From contig JBBEEC010000061.1 in assembly GCA_040880975.1 (NCBI GenBank), positions 11,325 to 75,324 on the forward strand: 64,000 nucleotides of DNA. The letters run 5' to 3'. Source of the stretch: Bacteroidota bacterium. Its GTDB lineage: Bacteria; Bacteroidota; Ignavibacteria; UBA10030. Positions 17,574 through 27,128 of this stretch are shown piece after piece (the first letter of the stretch is position 1; every line of letters begins with the position of its first letter). A program made the position numbers and the translations under genes. Under the pieces are notes generated by a model. The model was not told the DNA's origin, did not search any database, and was given only the letters and a program-made list of their open reading frames with translations.

Positions 17574-19724
17574 ATGAGCCGTCGCCTTTCTTCCTTTGTA
17601 GAATTCGGATTTATCCTTGCCGCCACTCTTGGGCTGGTGGCATTCATCGGGCCACCCCTAGCACGCCAGCAAGGGCCTGTGGTGACTCCTCCGTCTGCTC
17701 CCCAGCTATCCCAGGCATCTGCTCTTGCGACATGGGACACGAATCTCATTCTTCCTCCACAAAGCGAACGCATTTCCAGTTACACCATGGATGTGCGCCT
17801 CGATCCGAGAACCAGAATGATCTCCGGATGGGAGATCCTCGAGTGGCGCAACACTACGGGGCGCGCACAATCGGAATTCCCGTTCCACCTCTACCACAAT
17901 GCCTGGAAAAATAACCGCAGTACCTTTGCAAAGGAAAACGGATGGAATCTCAGCCGGCCGAATATGACGGAAGAAGATTACGGATATACAAATGTAAAGC
18001 GCGTTGTTCTCTTGGACCCCCGCGGTGAAATCGACGTTACTTCCACCTTCCAGTACATTCAGCCTGATGACGGTAATCCGAATGACCAGACGGTGTTTCA
18101 AATCAGAACGCCCCGTGCTGTTCCTTCGGGGGGCCTTCTTCGTCTTCGCATTGAGTTTGAAACAAAGCAGCCGCTCCCAATCTCCCGTACCGGTGCCATT
18201 AGGGATTACCACTTTGTCGCTCAGTGGTTTCCGAAGATCGGCGTGTGGTGGAACGGCGCCTGGAATTGTCATCAGTTCCATGCTAACACCGAGTTCTTTT
18301 CCAATTACGGTGTCTATGACGTGAGGATTACGCTTCCATCCGAGTATGTGATCGGAGCAACGGGGGGACTTCCAAAGGAAAAAACGGAGAATGGCGACCG
18401 GACAACGACGTACCGTTTCTATCAGGAGGACGTGCATGATTTCACCTGGGTGACTTCACCGAGCCTCGTCCGCAACGTGAGGACCTTTGTACACAACGAC
18501 CCGGATGAGGACGAACAGTTGAGCCGCCACCATCCCCTCAGAGAAGTTCAGGTCATTCTTCTGACCCAACCCCATCATGACAATCTTATCGAGCGGTATT
18601 TCGACGCCACGTTCAAGTCCCTGCGGTACTACGGTGAATGGTACGGCGAATATCCCTACGAGACGGTCACTGTGGTTGATCCTGCCAATGACAGCCGTTC
18701 GGGCGGAATGGAATACCCAACGCTCTTCACGGGTGGCGGCAACATGTTTGCGCCGAAGGAGATCCCAAGCCCGGAAAGCGTGACCGTGCACGAGTTTGGC
18801 CATCAGTTTTGGTATGGACTCGTCGGCAATAACGAATTTGAAGAAGCTTGGCTGGATGAGGGATTTAATTCGTACTCACAGGACCGCGTGATGCAGGCCG
18901 CATGGCCGCCGTTCAAGAGTTTCCGCTATTTCTTTGGAGGCCCCGGGGCGGGGAGTTCAGTCGGAATCCCGTATGTTTATCAAGAGATGGAGCAGTCACG
19001 CTATACCTCCGGCAATCTCGAACTCCGGGATCAGGGGAAAAACGATGTGATGACACGTAAAGGATGGGAGTACTATCAATCCTACGGTTTAAACTCCTAC
19101 ACCAAACCCGCCATGTCTCTCCGGCAGCTTGAAAACACCGTCGGCGAGGAAACGATGTACCGCATCATGCGTACCTATCATCATCGTTATCGTTTCAAGC
19201 ACCCGACGTCGCAGGATTTCATGAACACAGTCAATGAAGTGACCGGGCAAAATATGAACTGGTTCTTTCAGAACACCTGGTACAGCTCCAACCTGTTCGA
19301 TTATGCAGTCTCAGAAGTCACAAACAGAAGGATCGCTTCACCGGCCGGTGTGTTTTCGATGAACGGAAATCCCGCTGAAAAGCCCGACGATCCGGCACCC
19401 CCGTACGAAAACACGGTCGTGGTCACACGCAAGGGCGAGGCGGTTGCACCGGTGGAGGTGCTCGTTGTCTTTGAGAATGGAGAAGAGAGGAAAGAGGTGT
19501 GGGACGGGCAGGAACGTTGGAGGAAATTTGTTTACAGGACCGATTCACGCATCCGCCAAGCCATTGTTGATCCCGATCTTAAACTTGTGATGGATATCGA
19601 CTATCTGAACAACAGCAGGGTTGCACGGCCACCCGGTTTTCGTTCTTCTGCGGCGAGAAAGATCGGAATTCTTGCATTGTTTTGGGTCCAGAATTATCTC
19701 GAGATAGGAACCCACTGGCATTGA
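17574..19724 (+). CDS. M1 family zinc metallopeptidase (second copy, divergent), secreted
   Basis: HEFGHQFWYG + 18 aa + E (WLDEGFNSY); signal peptide / N-terminal TM. Confidence 0.75.
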   Translation: MSRRLSSFVEFGFILAATLGLVAFIGPPLARQQGPVVTPPSAPQLSQASALATWDTNLILPPQSERISSYTMDVRLDPRTRMISGWEILEWRNTTGRAQSEFPFHLYHNAWKNNRSTFAKENGWNLSRPNMTEEDYGYTNVKRVVLLDPRGEIDVTSTFQYIQPDDGNPNDQTVFQIRTPRAVPSGGLLRLRIEFETKQPLPISRTGAIRDYHFVAQWFPKIGVWWNGAWNCHQFHANTEFFSNYGVYDVRITLPSEYVIGATGGLPKEKTENGDRTTTYRFYQEDVHDFTWVTSPSLVRNVRTFVHNDPDEDEQLSRHHPLREVQVILLTQPHHDNLIERYFDATFKSLRYYGEWYGEYPYETVTVVDPANDSRSGGMEYPTLFTGGGNMFAPKEIPSPESVTVHEFGHQFWYGLVGNNEFEEAWLDEGFNSYSQDRVMQAAWPPFKSFRYFFGGPGAGSSVGIPYVYQEMEQSRYTSGNLELRDQGKNDVMTRKGWEYYQSYGLNSYTKPAMSLRQLENTVGEETMYRIMRTYHHRYRFKHPTSQDFMNTVNEVTGQNMNWFFQNTWYSSNLFDYAVSEVTNRRIASPAGVFSMNGNPAEKPDDPAPPYENTVVVTRKGEAVAPVEVLVVFENGEERKEVWDGQERWRKFVYRTDSRIRQAIVDPDLKLVMDIDYLNNSRVARPPGFRSSAARKIGILALFWVQNYLEIGTHWH

Positions 19725-19725
19725 C

Positions 19726-21600
19726 ATGAATTTCCTCATCTCATTGATCGTCATTGCGCTGACGTTTATACCGCTGGCGCTGCTCATTGCTCTCTTTGTC
19801 AGAACTTCGGGCCTTGTGCGCAGGATCGAGAAACTGGAAGCGCATCTCGGATTGCAGCCCGACGTGAGTCCTCCCTCAGCACCACCGCCGCGTTCACCGG
19901 CAACCGAGCCTCCCAGGCCACCCCCGACGCCCCCAACAAAGCCCATCGTGGCTTCCGCGGCCGATCCGCATGCGCAAAATAAGGCGCAGGAAGAGCTTGA
20001 GGCGCTCATTGGAGGCAGACTGTTGAACAGGATCGGTGCGTTCGCACTCGTTCTGGGCGTAGCATTCTTTTTGAAGTACGCTTTCGACAACAATTGGATC
20101 ACCGAAACGATGCGTGTCCTGACGGGGATCGTCATGGGATCGATTTGCCTGGCGGGAGGATATCGAACTCAGAAGAAGGGATATGCGGTTTTTGCCCAAG
20201 GCCTGGTCGGTGCCGGAATCGCCATCCTTTACCTTTCGCTCTATGCTTCGTTCAATTATTACCATCTCATTCCGCAGTGGCTCGCGTTTGCTTTGATGTC
20301 CGGGGTTACCATTCTCACTCTCCTTCAAGCCGTTTACTACAATTCACTTGTGGTGGGGATTCTCGGATGGGCCGGCGGATTCCTTACGCCTTTCCTGTTG
20401 AGCACCGGGGAATCCAATGAAACGGCGCTCTTCACGTACATAGCCCTCCTTTCCCTCGGGCTCCTCGCTATCACGATGAGACGAGAGTCATGGTACGCTC
20501 TCGAGCCGCTGACCCTCATCGCCCTTTTCATCGTCTATTTTGCCTGGTTCGACCAGTATTACGGGCCGGGTGACTTCACCCTGACAATATTCTTCCTTTT
20601 TGTGTTCTGGATTTTGTTTCACGCGGCCGACTTTACGCGCAGCTTGCTCAATGTAACGCAGTTCCCCGAACTTCGGAACATTGTCCAGTCCCTTCACTCT
20701 CTTCTCACGTACTCGGCAGTGTATGTTTTGATTTGGGACCAGTCCCGATCCGATCTTGGATCCGTCACGTTCCTCTACGGCATCCTCTATGCAGCTTCGT
20801 TTCTCGTGCTCCGGTCTCTACGCTCGCCCGCCAAAGGAATTGAGATACGGTACGGAATTACGATAGCGGCTTTGGTCCTTGGGGGCACAGTCCTCGAGTT
20901 CAGCGGTGTGGCTGCAATTCGTTTGCTGGCCGTGGAGGGCCTTCTTCTGATGGGAATCGGAGTTCAGTTTCAACGATGGTCGCTGGCAGGCCCTGCTCTA
21001 GGCCTTCTTGCGGCGTCGTTAGCCGGATTTGTGTTTTCGAGCGGATCGCTTGTTTTCGAACCCATCGCAAGTTTCTCTCTTCTGGCAACATCGCGAGCCC
21101 TGACGGGTGGGATTCTGGCTTTATCCCTTGGGGCTGCAACTCTCGCGGTGGCCCGAGCCCGGGACAATTCCATTGCAAGTCTCAGGCCCTTTCTTGGCAT
21201 TGTCTTCTTCCTGGTTTTGTTCATCCTCTTGACGGCTGAAACCAACGACTTCTTCCGGCATGAAATTCACCTTCTCCGAACGGGACAGCCCGGCGAATCC
21301 ATTCGGGATGAGCTTTCCGATATTCTCAATCTGCGGCAGCTGTCCGTTTCCGGAGTCTGGCTCCTTTATTCGATTCTTGCTCTGGTAGTAGGGATAATCC
21401 GAAACGCCAAAGGACCCCGTTTTTTCGCCATCGGCCTGTTCGGCCTTACGATCCTGAAGATTTTCATTGTCGATCTGGCATTTCTGCAGACACTCTATCG
21501 CGTGTTTTCCTTTATGGCGTTGGGTGTGATTCTCCTCAGCGTTTCGTACGCTTATCAACGCTACAAGGCGGTCTTGTTTCCCTCTGAACCTCACCATTAG
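19726..21600 (+). CDS. DUF2339-like polytopic membrane protein with Pro-rich linker
   Basis: N-terminal TM helix, RIEKLEAHL coiled segment, Pro-rich stretch (PPSAPPPRSPATEPPRPPPTPPTKP), then more than 12 TM helices; starts 1 nt after upstream stop. Confidence 0.45.
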   Translation: MNFLISLIVIALTFIPLALLIALFVRTSGLVRRIEKLEAHLGLQPDVSPPSAPPPRSPATEPPRPPPTPPTKPIVASAADPHAQNKAQEELEALIGGRLLNRIGAFALVLGVAFFLKYAFDNNWITETMRVLTGIVMGSICLAGGYRTQKKGYAVFAQGLVGAGIAILYLSLYASFNYYHLIPQWLAFALMSGVTILTLLQAVYYNSLVVGILGWAGGFLTPFLLSTGESNETALFTYIALLSLGLLAITMRRESWYALEPLTLIALFIVYFAWFDQYYGPGDFTLTIFFLFVFWILFHAADFTRSLLNVTQFPELRNIVQSLHSLLTYSAVYVLIWDQSRSDLGSVTFLYGILYAASFLVLRSLRSPAKGIEIRYGITIAALVLGGTVLEFSGVAAIRLLAVEGLLLMGIGVQFQRWSLAGPALGLLAASLAGFVFSSGSLVFEPIASFSLLATSRALTGGILALSLGAATLAVARARDNSIASLRPFLGIVFFLVLFILLTAETNDFFRHEIHLLRTGQPGESIRDELSDILNLRQLSVSGVWLLYSILALVVGIIRNAKGPRFFAIGLFGLTILKIFIVDLAFLQTLYRVFSFMALGVILLSVSYAYQRYKAVLFPSEPHH

Positions 21601-21613
21601 CAAAGGGCGCTCC

Positions 21614-22642
21614 ATGGGCATCTTCCAGGCATTGCGAATCGGCATACGGCAGGTGAATCAGACCAGGCGAATGATAGTCTTTGCCTGGCTCGTTAATGTC
21701 ACGCTGTCTCTGACCATTGCCGTTCCGTTTCTCTCACAGGTAGAATCCGCCGTTCGGGGAACCGTCATGGAGGAACGGCTTCTGGAGCAAATGGATTCCA
21801 ATTGGTTTCAGAGTTTCCGGCTCGACAATCAATCCAACCCCATCGTACTGCCGTTTGACTACACGATTTTTGGGTATGCCCCGTTTCTTCTTCACTATGA
21901 GTCTGTTCTGTCTGGAACGATGATCAAGAACATCGGTAATTTCTTTCTCGACCTGATCTTCCGCTGGAGAGTCGGATTCGAGTACCTGGGGCCGTTAACA
22001 ATTTTGGCTTTTGTCTATTTGCTGGCCTCGACATTTCTCGCCGGAGCGTTTGTAGGAACATACGCAAAGAGCTACCGAATGTCGTTTCAGGAATTCCTCA
22101 CGGAAGGCGGCAAATATTTCGGCAAGTTTTTTCGCATATCGCTTTTTTCCCTCTTCGTATATCTCTTGTTGTTTGATGTTGTGTTCGATTTCTGGAGGGA
22201 GTGGATCCGGCAAGCCACGGCAAATGATCCGTCGGAAATGACGCCATTCACTCACTACATGATCAAGAATGCCGTTGTTGTGCTCGCCATAGGATTTCTG
22301 ACCATGTGTTTCGACTATGCAAAGGTCCGGATGGTCGTGGATGACCGGTTCAGCGCGCTGTTTGCGGTCTGGGCAGGGGTGAAATTCGTGGTCAAGAATT
22401 TCTGGTCCGCCGCCGGATTGTTTTTGTCGCTTTCTGTTCTCGGTGTGGTGTTCATGGCTCTCTATGCTTTTTTCCAGGGGACGTTTCCCGTTTCAGGATA
22501 TTGGTCGATCCTGGCATTATTCGTTCTCCAGCAGTTGTATGTCGGAATTCGGCTTTGGCTGAAGGCTGCCTTCTACGCTTCAGAGACACAGTTATATCAA
22601 TCGCTCATGCAGACAGACCATCGGACAGAAGTCGCTCAGTAG
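21614..22642 (+). CDS. hypothetical polytopic membrane protein
   Basis: 342-aa ORF with multiple hydrophobic helices; 13-nt gap from upstream gene. Confidence 0.4.
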   Translation: MGIFQALRIGIRQVNQTRRMIVFAWLVNVTLSLTIAVPFLSQVESAVRGTVMEERLLEQMDSNWFQSFRLDNQSNPIVLPFDYTIFGYAPFLLHYESVLSGTMIKNIGNFFLDLIFRWRVGFEYLGPLTILAFVYLLASTFLAGAFVGTYAKSYRMSFQEFLTEGGKYFGKFFRISLFSLFVYLLLFDVVFDFWREWIRQATANDPSEMTPFTHYMIKNAVVVLAIGFLTMCFDYAKVRMVVDDRFSALFAVWAGVKFVVKNFWSAAGLFLSLSVLGVVFMALYAFFQGTFPVSGYWSILALFVLQQLYVGIRLWLKAAFYASETQLYQSLMQTDHRTEVAQ

Positions 22643-22970
22643 AACGAGAGATCGAACACTCTCCGGTTAGTGATGTCCTTTTTTGCCTGCCGCGCAGCAA
22701 GAAGTCGTTGAAACGACTCATGGAATTGGGAGCGAGCGGGTATTCCCCCCAACTTCCTGTCCGCCGAAGTGCGCTGTATGCACGCAGGCGGAAAGTTTGG
22801 GGGGAATACAACCAGCACAATGTGACCAGGAACCGTTTGAACGGTTTCCTGTCACAGTAGAAACCCAAATGAGGACACTACCCTCCGGTTCAAATCGTTG
22901 GAAGTGAGGCCTTTTTTAGGTACCTTTTTGTCGGTTTGAACATTGCCACGACATATGATCGCTGGTCCGC

Positions 22971-23795
22971 ATGATTCGGGTTGTTCCGGTCCTTGGCGTT
23001 TTCCTTTGTCTTTTTGTGTTCCTGAGCGGGTTTTTCCTTCCGTCCTCTGTGGTTCATCAAGAATCCGAGGGGGTCTTCCTCACAGGAGAACGGCTGGAAT
23101 ACAAGGTCAAATGGCTGTTTTTCCGCCTGGGAACGATCACAGTCACAACCAACCGGGTTCCCGACACCCCCGGCATCTTCCGCACGTCCATTACGCTGGA
23201 TTCCAATCCCGACCTTTTTTTTATCAGTATTCACAACCGGTATGAAGCCCTTGTGAACAGCGATCCCGTGCGGTGCGAGGAATTCCGTTCCCTCGAAATC
23301 GACGGTGACGATACATTATTGACATCCTATACCTTCGACGAATCCACACGCCGCGTTCACATGTGGCAATCGGTGCTCCCCGCTGACAGTGTCCTTCGCG
23401 AAGAAATCAAAGACAGTGTGGACAGATTTTATGACGGCGCGTCGTTGTTTTTCTTCGCACGAACAATGCTTCACAAAGATACGAGCCTGACGGTTCCCAC
23501 CCTTGTGGAGTTTGACATGTTTTCCACCGACCTGACCGTGACCAGTGAGGTCGTTCCCACCGAGATAGGTTCAATGGAAGAGCCCATCATCACCCGCGAG
23601 CTTTTCGGCCGGGCGAACTTTGAAGGTTCGACGTTCGGCGGTTTTTCGGGAGACTTCAAAGGCTGGTTCAGCAATGACGCTGCTGCTGTTCCGATCCGTG
23701 CAGAAATGAGCATCACGCTCGGCACAGTCAATATTGAACTCGAGCGATGGATTCGAGACGGCTGGGCTCCACCGAAAAGGAATCTACAACGATGA
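22971..23795 (+). CDS. DUF3108-like secreted protein
   Basis: Signal/TM N-terminus and ERLEYKVKWLFFRLGTITVTT block reminiscent of DUF3108 proteins common in Bacteroidetes. Confidence 0.4.
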   Translation: MIRVVPVLGVFLCLFVFLSGFFLPSSVVHQESEGVFLTGERLEYKVKWLFFRLGTITVTTNRVPDTPGIFRTSITLDSNPDLFFISIHNRYEALVNSDPVRCEEFRSLEIDGDDTLLTSYTFDESTRRVHMWQSVLPADSVLREEIKDSVDRFYDGASLFFFARTMLHKDTSLTVPTLVEFDMFSTDLTVTSEVVPTEIGSMEEPIITRELFGRANFEGSTFGGFSGDFKGWFSNDAAAVPIRAEMSITLGTVNIELERWIRDGWAPPKRNLQR

Positions 23796-24796
23796 CACAA
23801 CCGACCGGAGTTTTTGTAACAGGAGGAACAGGATTTATCGGCACAAAGCTTGTCAACGCCTTAGTGCAGAAAGGTCATTCCGTGCGGGCTCTTTCCCGCA
23901 GCACCAGTAACCGAAAGGGGCTTGAGCACGAGCGCATTGCATTTGTTCCGGGGGATCTTATGGATAAGGAATCCCTCCGGCGCGGAATGGAGGGTTGCTC
24001 ACAGGTATATCATCTCGCCGCCTATGCCAAAAACTGGGCCAAAGACCCATCGGTGTTTTTCAGGCAGAATGTTGATGGGATGAAGAATGTCTTCGATGCC
24101 GCGCAGGAGGCGGGCGTCAAGCGTATCGTGTTTACCTCCACCATTGTGGTGTACGGGCCAACTGCGCCTGGAGTGATCGGTGACGAGTCCATGCCGCGCA
24201 TCACTCAGTCTTGCTACACGGAGTACGAAGAAAGCAAAGTGCTGGCCCAGAAGGAGGCCCTTGGCTACGCGGCGCGCGGCCGAGATGTTGTGATCGTCAA
24301 CCCCACGCGAGTTTACGGACCTGGAAAGCTTACCGAGGGGAATTCCGTTTCTCTCATGATCTCCCTCTATGACAAAGGAAAGGTGCCGGTTCTGCTTAAC
24401 GGAGGAGTAAATGTGGGCAACTACGTCCATGTCGATGATCTCGTGCGCGGACATATTCTCGCCATGGAACGCGGACGGACTGGTCAATCGTACATTCTGG
24501 GGGGTGAGAATGCTTCCCTCAAACGCATCTTCGAACTTGTGAATGAGGTCAGTGGGAAGAAACATTTTCAAATGTTTCTTTCGCCCGCGTTGGCGTTTAC
24601 GTTTTCGCGCTTCGAGCAAAAGAAAGCGGAGTGGTTTGGCCTCTACCCCCAGATCACGCCCGGTTGGGTGGAGACCTTTCTGCAGGATTGGGCGTATTCC
24701 TGCGGGAAGGCTGAGCGCGAGCTTGGGTACATGATAACGCCGCTTAAGGACGGCGTCCGCGAAACCTATGAATGGCTGATGAAGGGTGCCGTATGA
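23792..24796 (+). CDS. NAD-dependent epimerase/dehydratase (SDR family)
   Basis: GVFVTGGTGFIGTKLV Rossmann motif; YxxxK-type SDR core; 4-nt overlap with upstream gene. Confidence 0.8.
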   Translation: MTQPTGVFVTGGTGFIGTKLVNALVQKGHSVRALSRSTSNRKGLEHERIAFVPGDLMDKESLRRGMEGCSQVYHLAAYAKNWAKDPSVFFRQNVDGMKNVFDAAQEAGVKRIVFTSTIVVYGPTAPGVIGDESMPRITQSCYTEYEESKVLAQKEALGYAARGRDVVIVNPTRVYGPGKLTEGNSVSLMISLYDKGKVPVLLNGGVNVGNYVHVDDLVRGHILAMERGRTGQSYILGGENASLKRIFELVNEVSGKKHFQMFLSPALAFTFSRFEQKKAEWFGLYPQITPGWVETFLQDWAYSCGKAERELGYMITPLKDGVRETYEWLMKGAV

Positions 24797-24845
24797 ACCG
24801 GTTCGACAGAGGTGTATCGCTGGGGGGACTTTTGAGCGGCGAGCG

Positions 24846-25512
24846 AATGAAGCCAACGCTGATCCTTCTGCTGACCCCTGTTCTGCTTGTTACATTCAAA
24901 TATTATGGTTCGAAGCAGTGGTATTTTGAGGTGTTGAGGGATTGGTTTGTCCTTGCAGGCAATCCGGAGCTAACAGCTGCCCTGTATGTATTTTTCGCTT
25001 CCCTTGTTCTGTTTGGCGTTGTTCCGCTTCTGATCATCAGATTTGTTTTCAAAGAACCCCTGTCGTCCTATGGCCTTCAAATGGGGGACAGCCGTTTCGG
25101 CTGGAAGGCGGTCGCAATCCTCGGCCCGCTGTTTGTTCTCTCGGCGTATCCATCTTCGTTTATGCCGGAGTTTCTCACCGAGTATCCGTTGTATCCGGGT
25201 GCCGGGGCGACAGCAGGAGCCTTCATCACCCACGCGTTCTCGTACTTGTTCTTCCATATCGGCTGGGAAATTTATTTCCGCGGGTTCATGCAATTCGGAC
25301 TCCGCTCAAGCTTCGGGGATTGGAACAGTATTCTCCTTCAGGTCATGGCTTCCTGCCTGGTGCACATCGGCAAGCCGGCTGCAGAGACGTACAGCTCAAT
25401 TCTTGGCGGGTTGGTATGGGGAATTCTTGCTTTTCGTTCGCGCTCGATCATTTATGGGCTGGTGATCCATTGGCTCCTGGGTGTTGCACTTGATCTATTC
25501 ATCGTCACATAG
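24846..25512 (+). CDS. CPBP (CAAX protease/Abi) family intramembrane metalloprotease
   Basis: Motif 1 WEIYFRGF (EExxxR), motif 2 region, motif 3 HWLLG; multiple TM helices. Confidence 0.65.
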
Positions 25513-25525
25513 GAATTCTGATCCC

Positions 25526-26455
25526 ATGTTTTTAGGAAGACGTCTCATTGTTGGTCGATTCGAGCTTCAGCTTACCGATGCCCTTGTCCTTTCTGCCCTT
25601 TTGTTGTTTAGTTTCCTCGGCTTGGTGTTTCTCGTTGACGGATGGCAACTGCTGATTCTCAAAAATGTCGGCGTCGCAGGCTTGTTTCTGGGCGCCGTTC
25701 ACGTGACGCCGAAGGTGCGTCATCGTGTTTGGCGCTTCTTTGTGCGGGTGGCTGCCATCACACTTTCCTACGCCTATCTCTTTGGTGCCGTGGCTCCCCT
25801 TCAGCATATCGTTTCTTCCGAGTGGATGGATCCCTACGTGCTCGATCTGGAGCAGTATCTCTTTGGAGTGCAACCGACACTGTGGCTGGAGAGGTTCACC
25901 ACTCCCTGGCTGACAGAATGGATGATGTTCTCCTATGTGATCTATGTCCCTCTTTATCCGCTGCTCTGTGGGATCATCTATTTCACACGGGGGGAGCTTC
26001 CCATGGAGGAATATTTCTTCGCTCTCGGCGTTACCAACATTCTGTGCGATATCGGATTCATCCTCTTTCCCGTCGCCAGTCCATTGTATTTCATTCCGGA
26101 AGTGTACTCCGTTCCCCTCGACGGGTATTTCTTCACCACGCTCGGCGAGCTGATGCGCAGCCAGCTTCACTATGCAGGAGGTTCGATTCCGAGCCCCCAC
26201 GCGGCGGCAGCAACGATCATGTGGATCATGGCGTATCGTTATCATCGTCTGTCCTTTCATATTCTCACGCCGATCATTCTCTCTTTGTATGTTTCAACCT
26301 TCTATGGACGGTATCACTACGTGACCGACGCCGTGGTGGGTGTGCTTGTCGCGTTTGTTGCCCTGGCAATCGCACCCCGCCTTATGCGCGCCTGGGATCG
26401 GCTGGTGGAAACGGGGACGGTCGGCACGGTGCTTGCGCGCACAAAAGCAGAATAA
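25526..26455 (+). CDS. PAP2-superfamily membrane phosphatase/phosphotransferase
   Basis: PAP2 motifs SIPSPHAA (PSGH-like) and GRYHYVTDAVVG (SRxxxxxHxxxD-like) in a polytopic membrane protein. Confidence 0.55.
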   Translation: MFLGRRLIVGRFELQLTDALVLSALLLFSFLGLVFLVDGWQLLILKNVGVAGLFLGAVHVTPKVRHRVWRFFVRVAAITLSYAYLFGAVAPLQHIVSSEWMDPYVLDLEQYLFGVQPTLWLERFTTPWLTEWMMFSYVIYVPLYPLLCGIIYFTRGELPMEEYFFALGVTNILCDIGFILFPVASPLYFIPEVYSVPLDGYFFTTLGELMRSQLHYAGGSIPSPHAAAATIMWIMAYRYHRLSFHILTPIILSLYVSTFYGRYHYVTDAVVGVLVAFVALAIAPRLMRAWDRLVETGTVGTVLARTKAE

Positions 26456-26536
26456 GTGCCGGGGAGGCCTGCCGGTTGATATTGCATTTCCACGTGAAAA
26501 AAGGTATCATGCCTCATTTCTTTCCCGGCCGACCCC

Positions 26537-27118
26537 ATGAATGTCACTGATCGTTTTTTGCTCCTGCTCACGTCTCCGGACGATGCGACGTACGATCAGT
26601 ACGATTCTCCCAACATCGGCCAAGCGATCCTTATCGTCACGGCGTACGCGCTGGTCGCTTCTCTGAACACATTTCTTTCCGCCACGTTCAAGTCCGGAAG
26701 CATAGGCTTCAGTATGCTTACGTTTCTGGGGTCGTTCCTGACGGTCTACCTCACTTGGGCCTTTCTCACCATTGTCCTGCATCTCTCTGCGGAGCTATGG
26801 GGCGGGCTTGGTGAATTGCCGAATATCATCGCCGTGGTCGGCTTTGCGGCCGCGCCTCTTGTCCTCACCTCGGCGGCTTCCATCCTTGTCACGTTGGCCG
26901 GCGCCGCTCTCCTTCCGGACGATCCGGACCTGATCCTCGCCAAAATCAGCCTTGGTATCTCGCTTGTCGGCATGGCCTGGGGGTGGCCGGGGATCATTTG
27001 TTATTTCGGACTCAAAAACGGAGAGAAGCTTCACGATTTAAAGGCTATGACGATCATCCTTCTGGCTTTCATCGCAAGCGGTATGTATGAAGTCGTGAAT
27101 TCCAATGCGTTTGATTGA
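26537..27118 (+). CDS. small polytopic membrane protein (possibly Yip1-like)
   Basis: 193 aa, about 5 TM helices after a soluble N-terminus; family assignment weak. Confidence 0.35.
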   Translation: MNVTDRFLLLLTSPDDATYDQYDSPNIGQAILIVTAYALVASLNTFLSATFKSGSIGFSMLTFLGSFLTVYLTWAFLTIVLHLSAELWGGLGELPNIIAVVGFAAAPLVLTSAASILVTLAGAALLPDDPDLILAKISLGISLVGMAWGWPGIICYFGLKNGEKLHDLKAMTIILLAFIASGMYEVVNSNAFD

Positions 27119-27128
27119 AAGGCCAACC

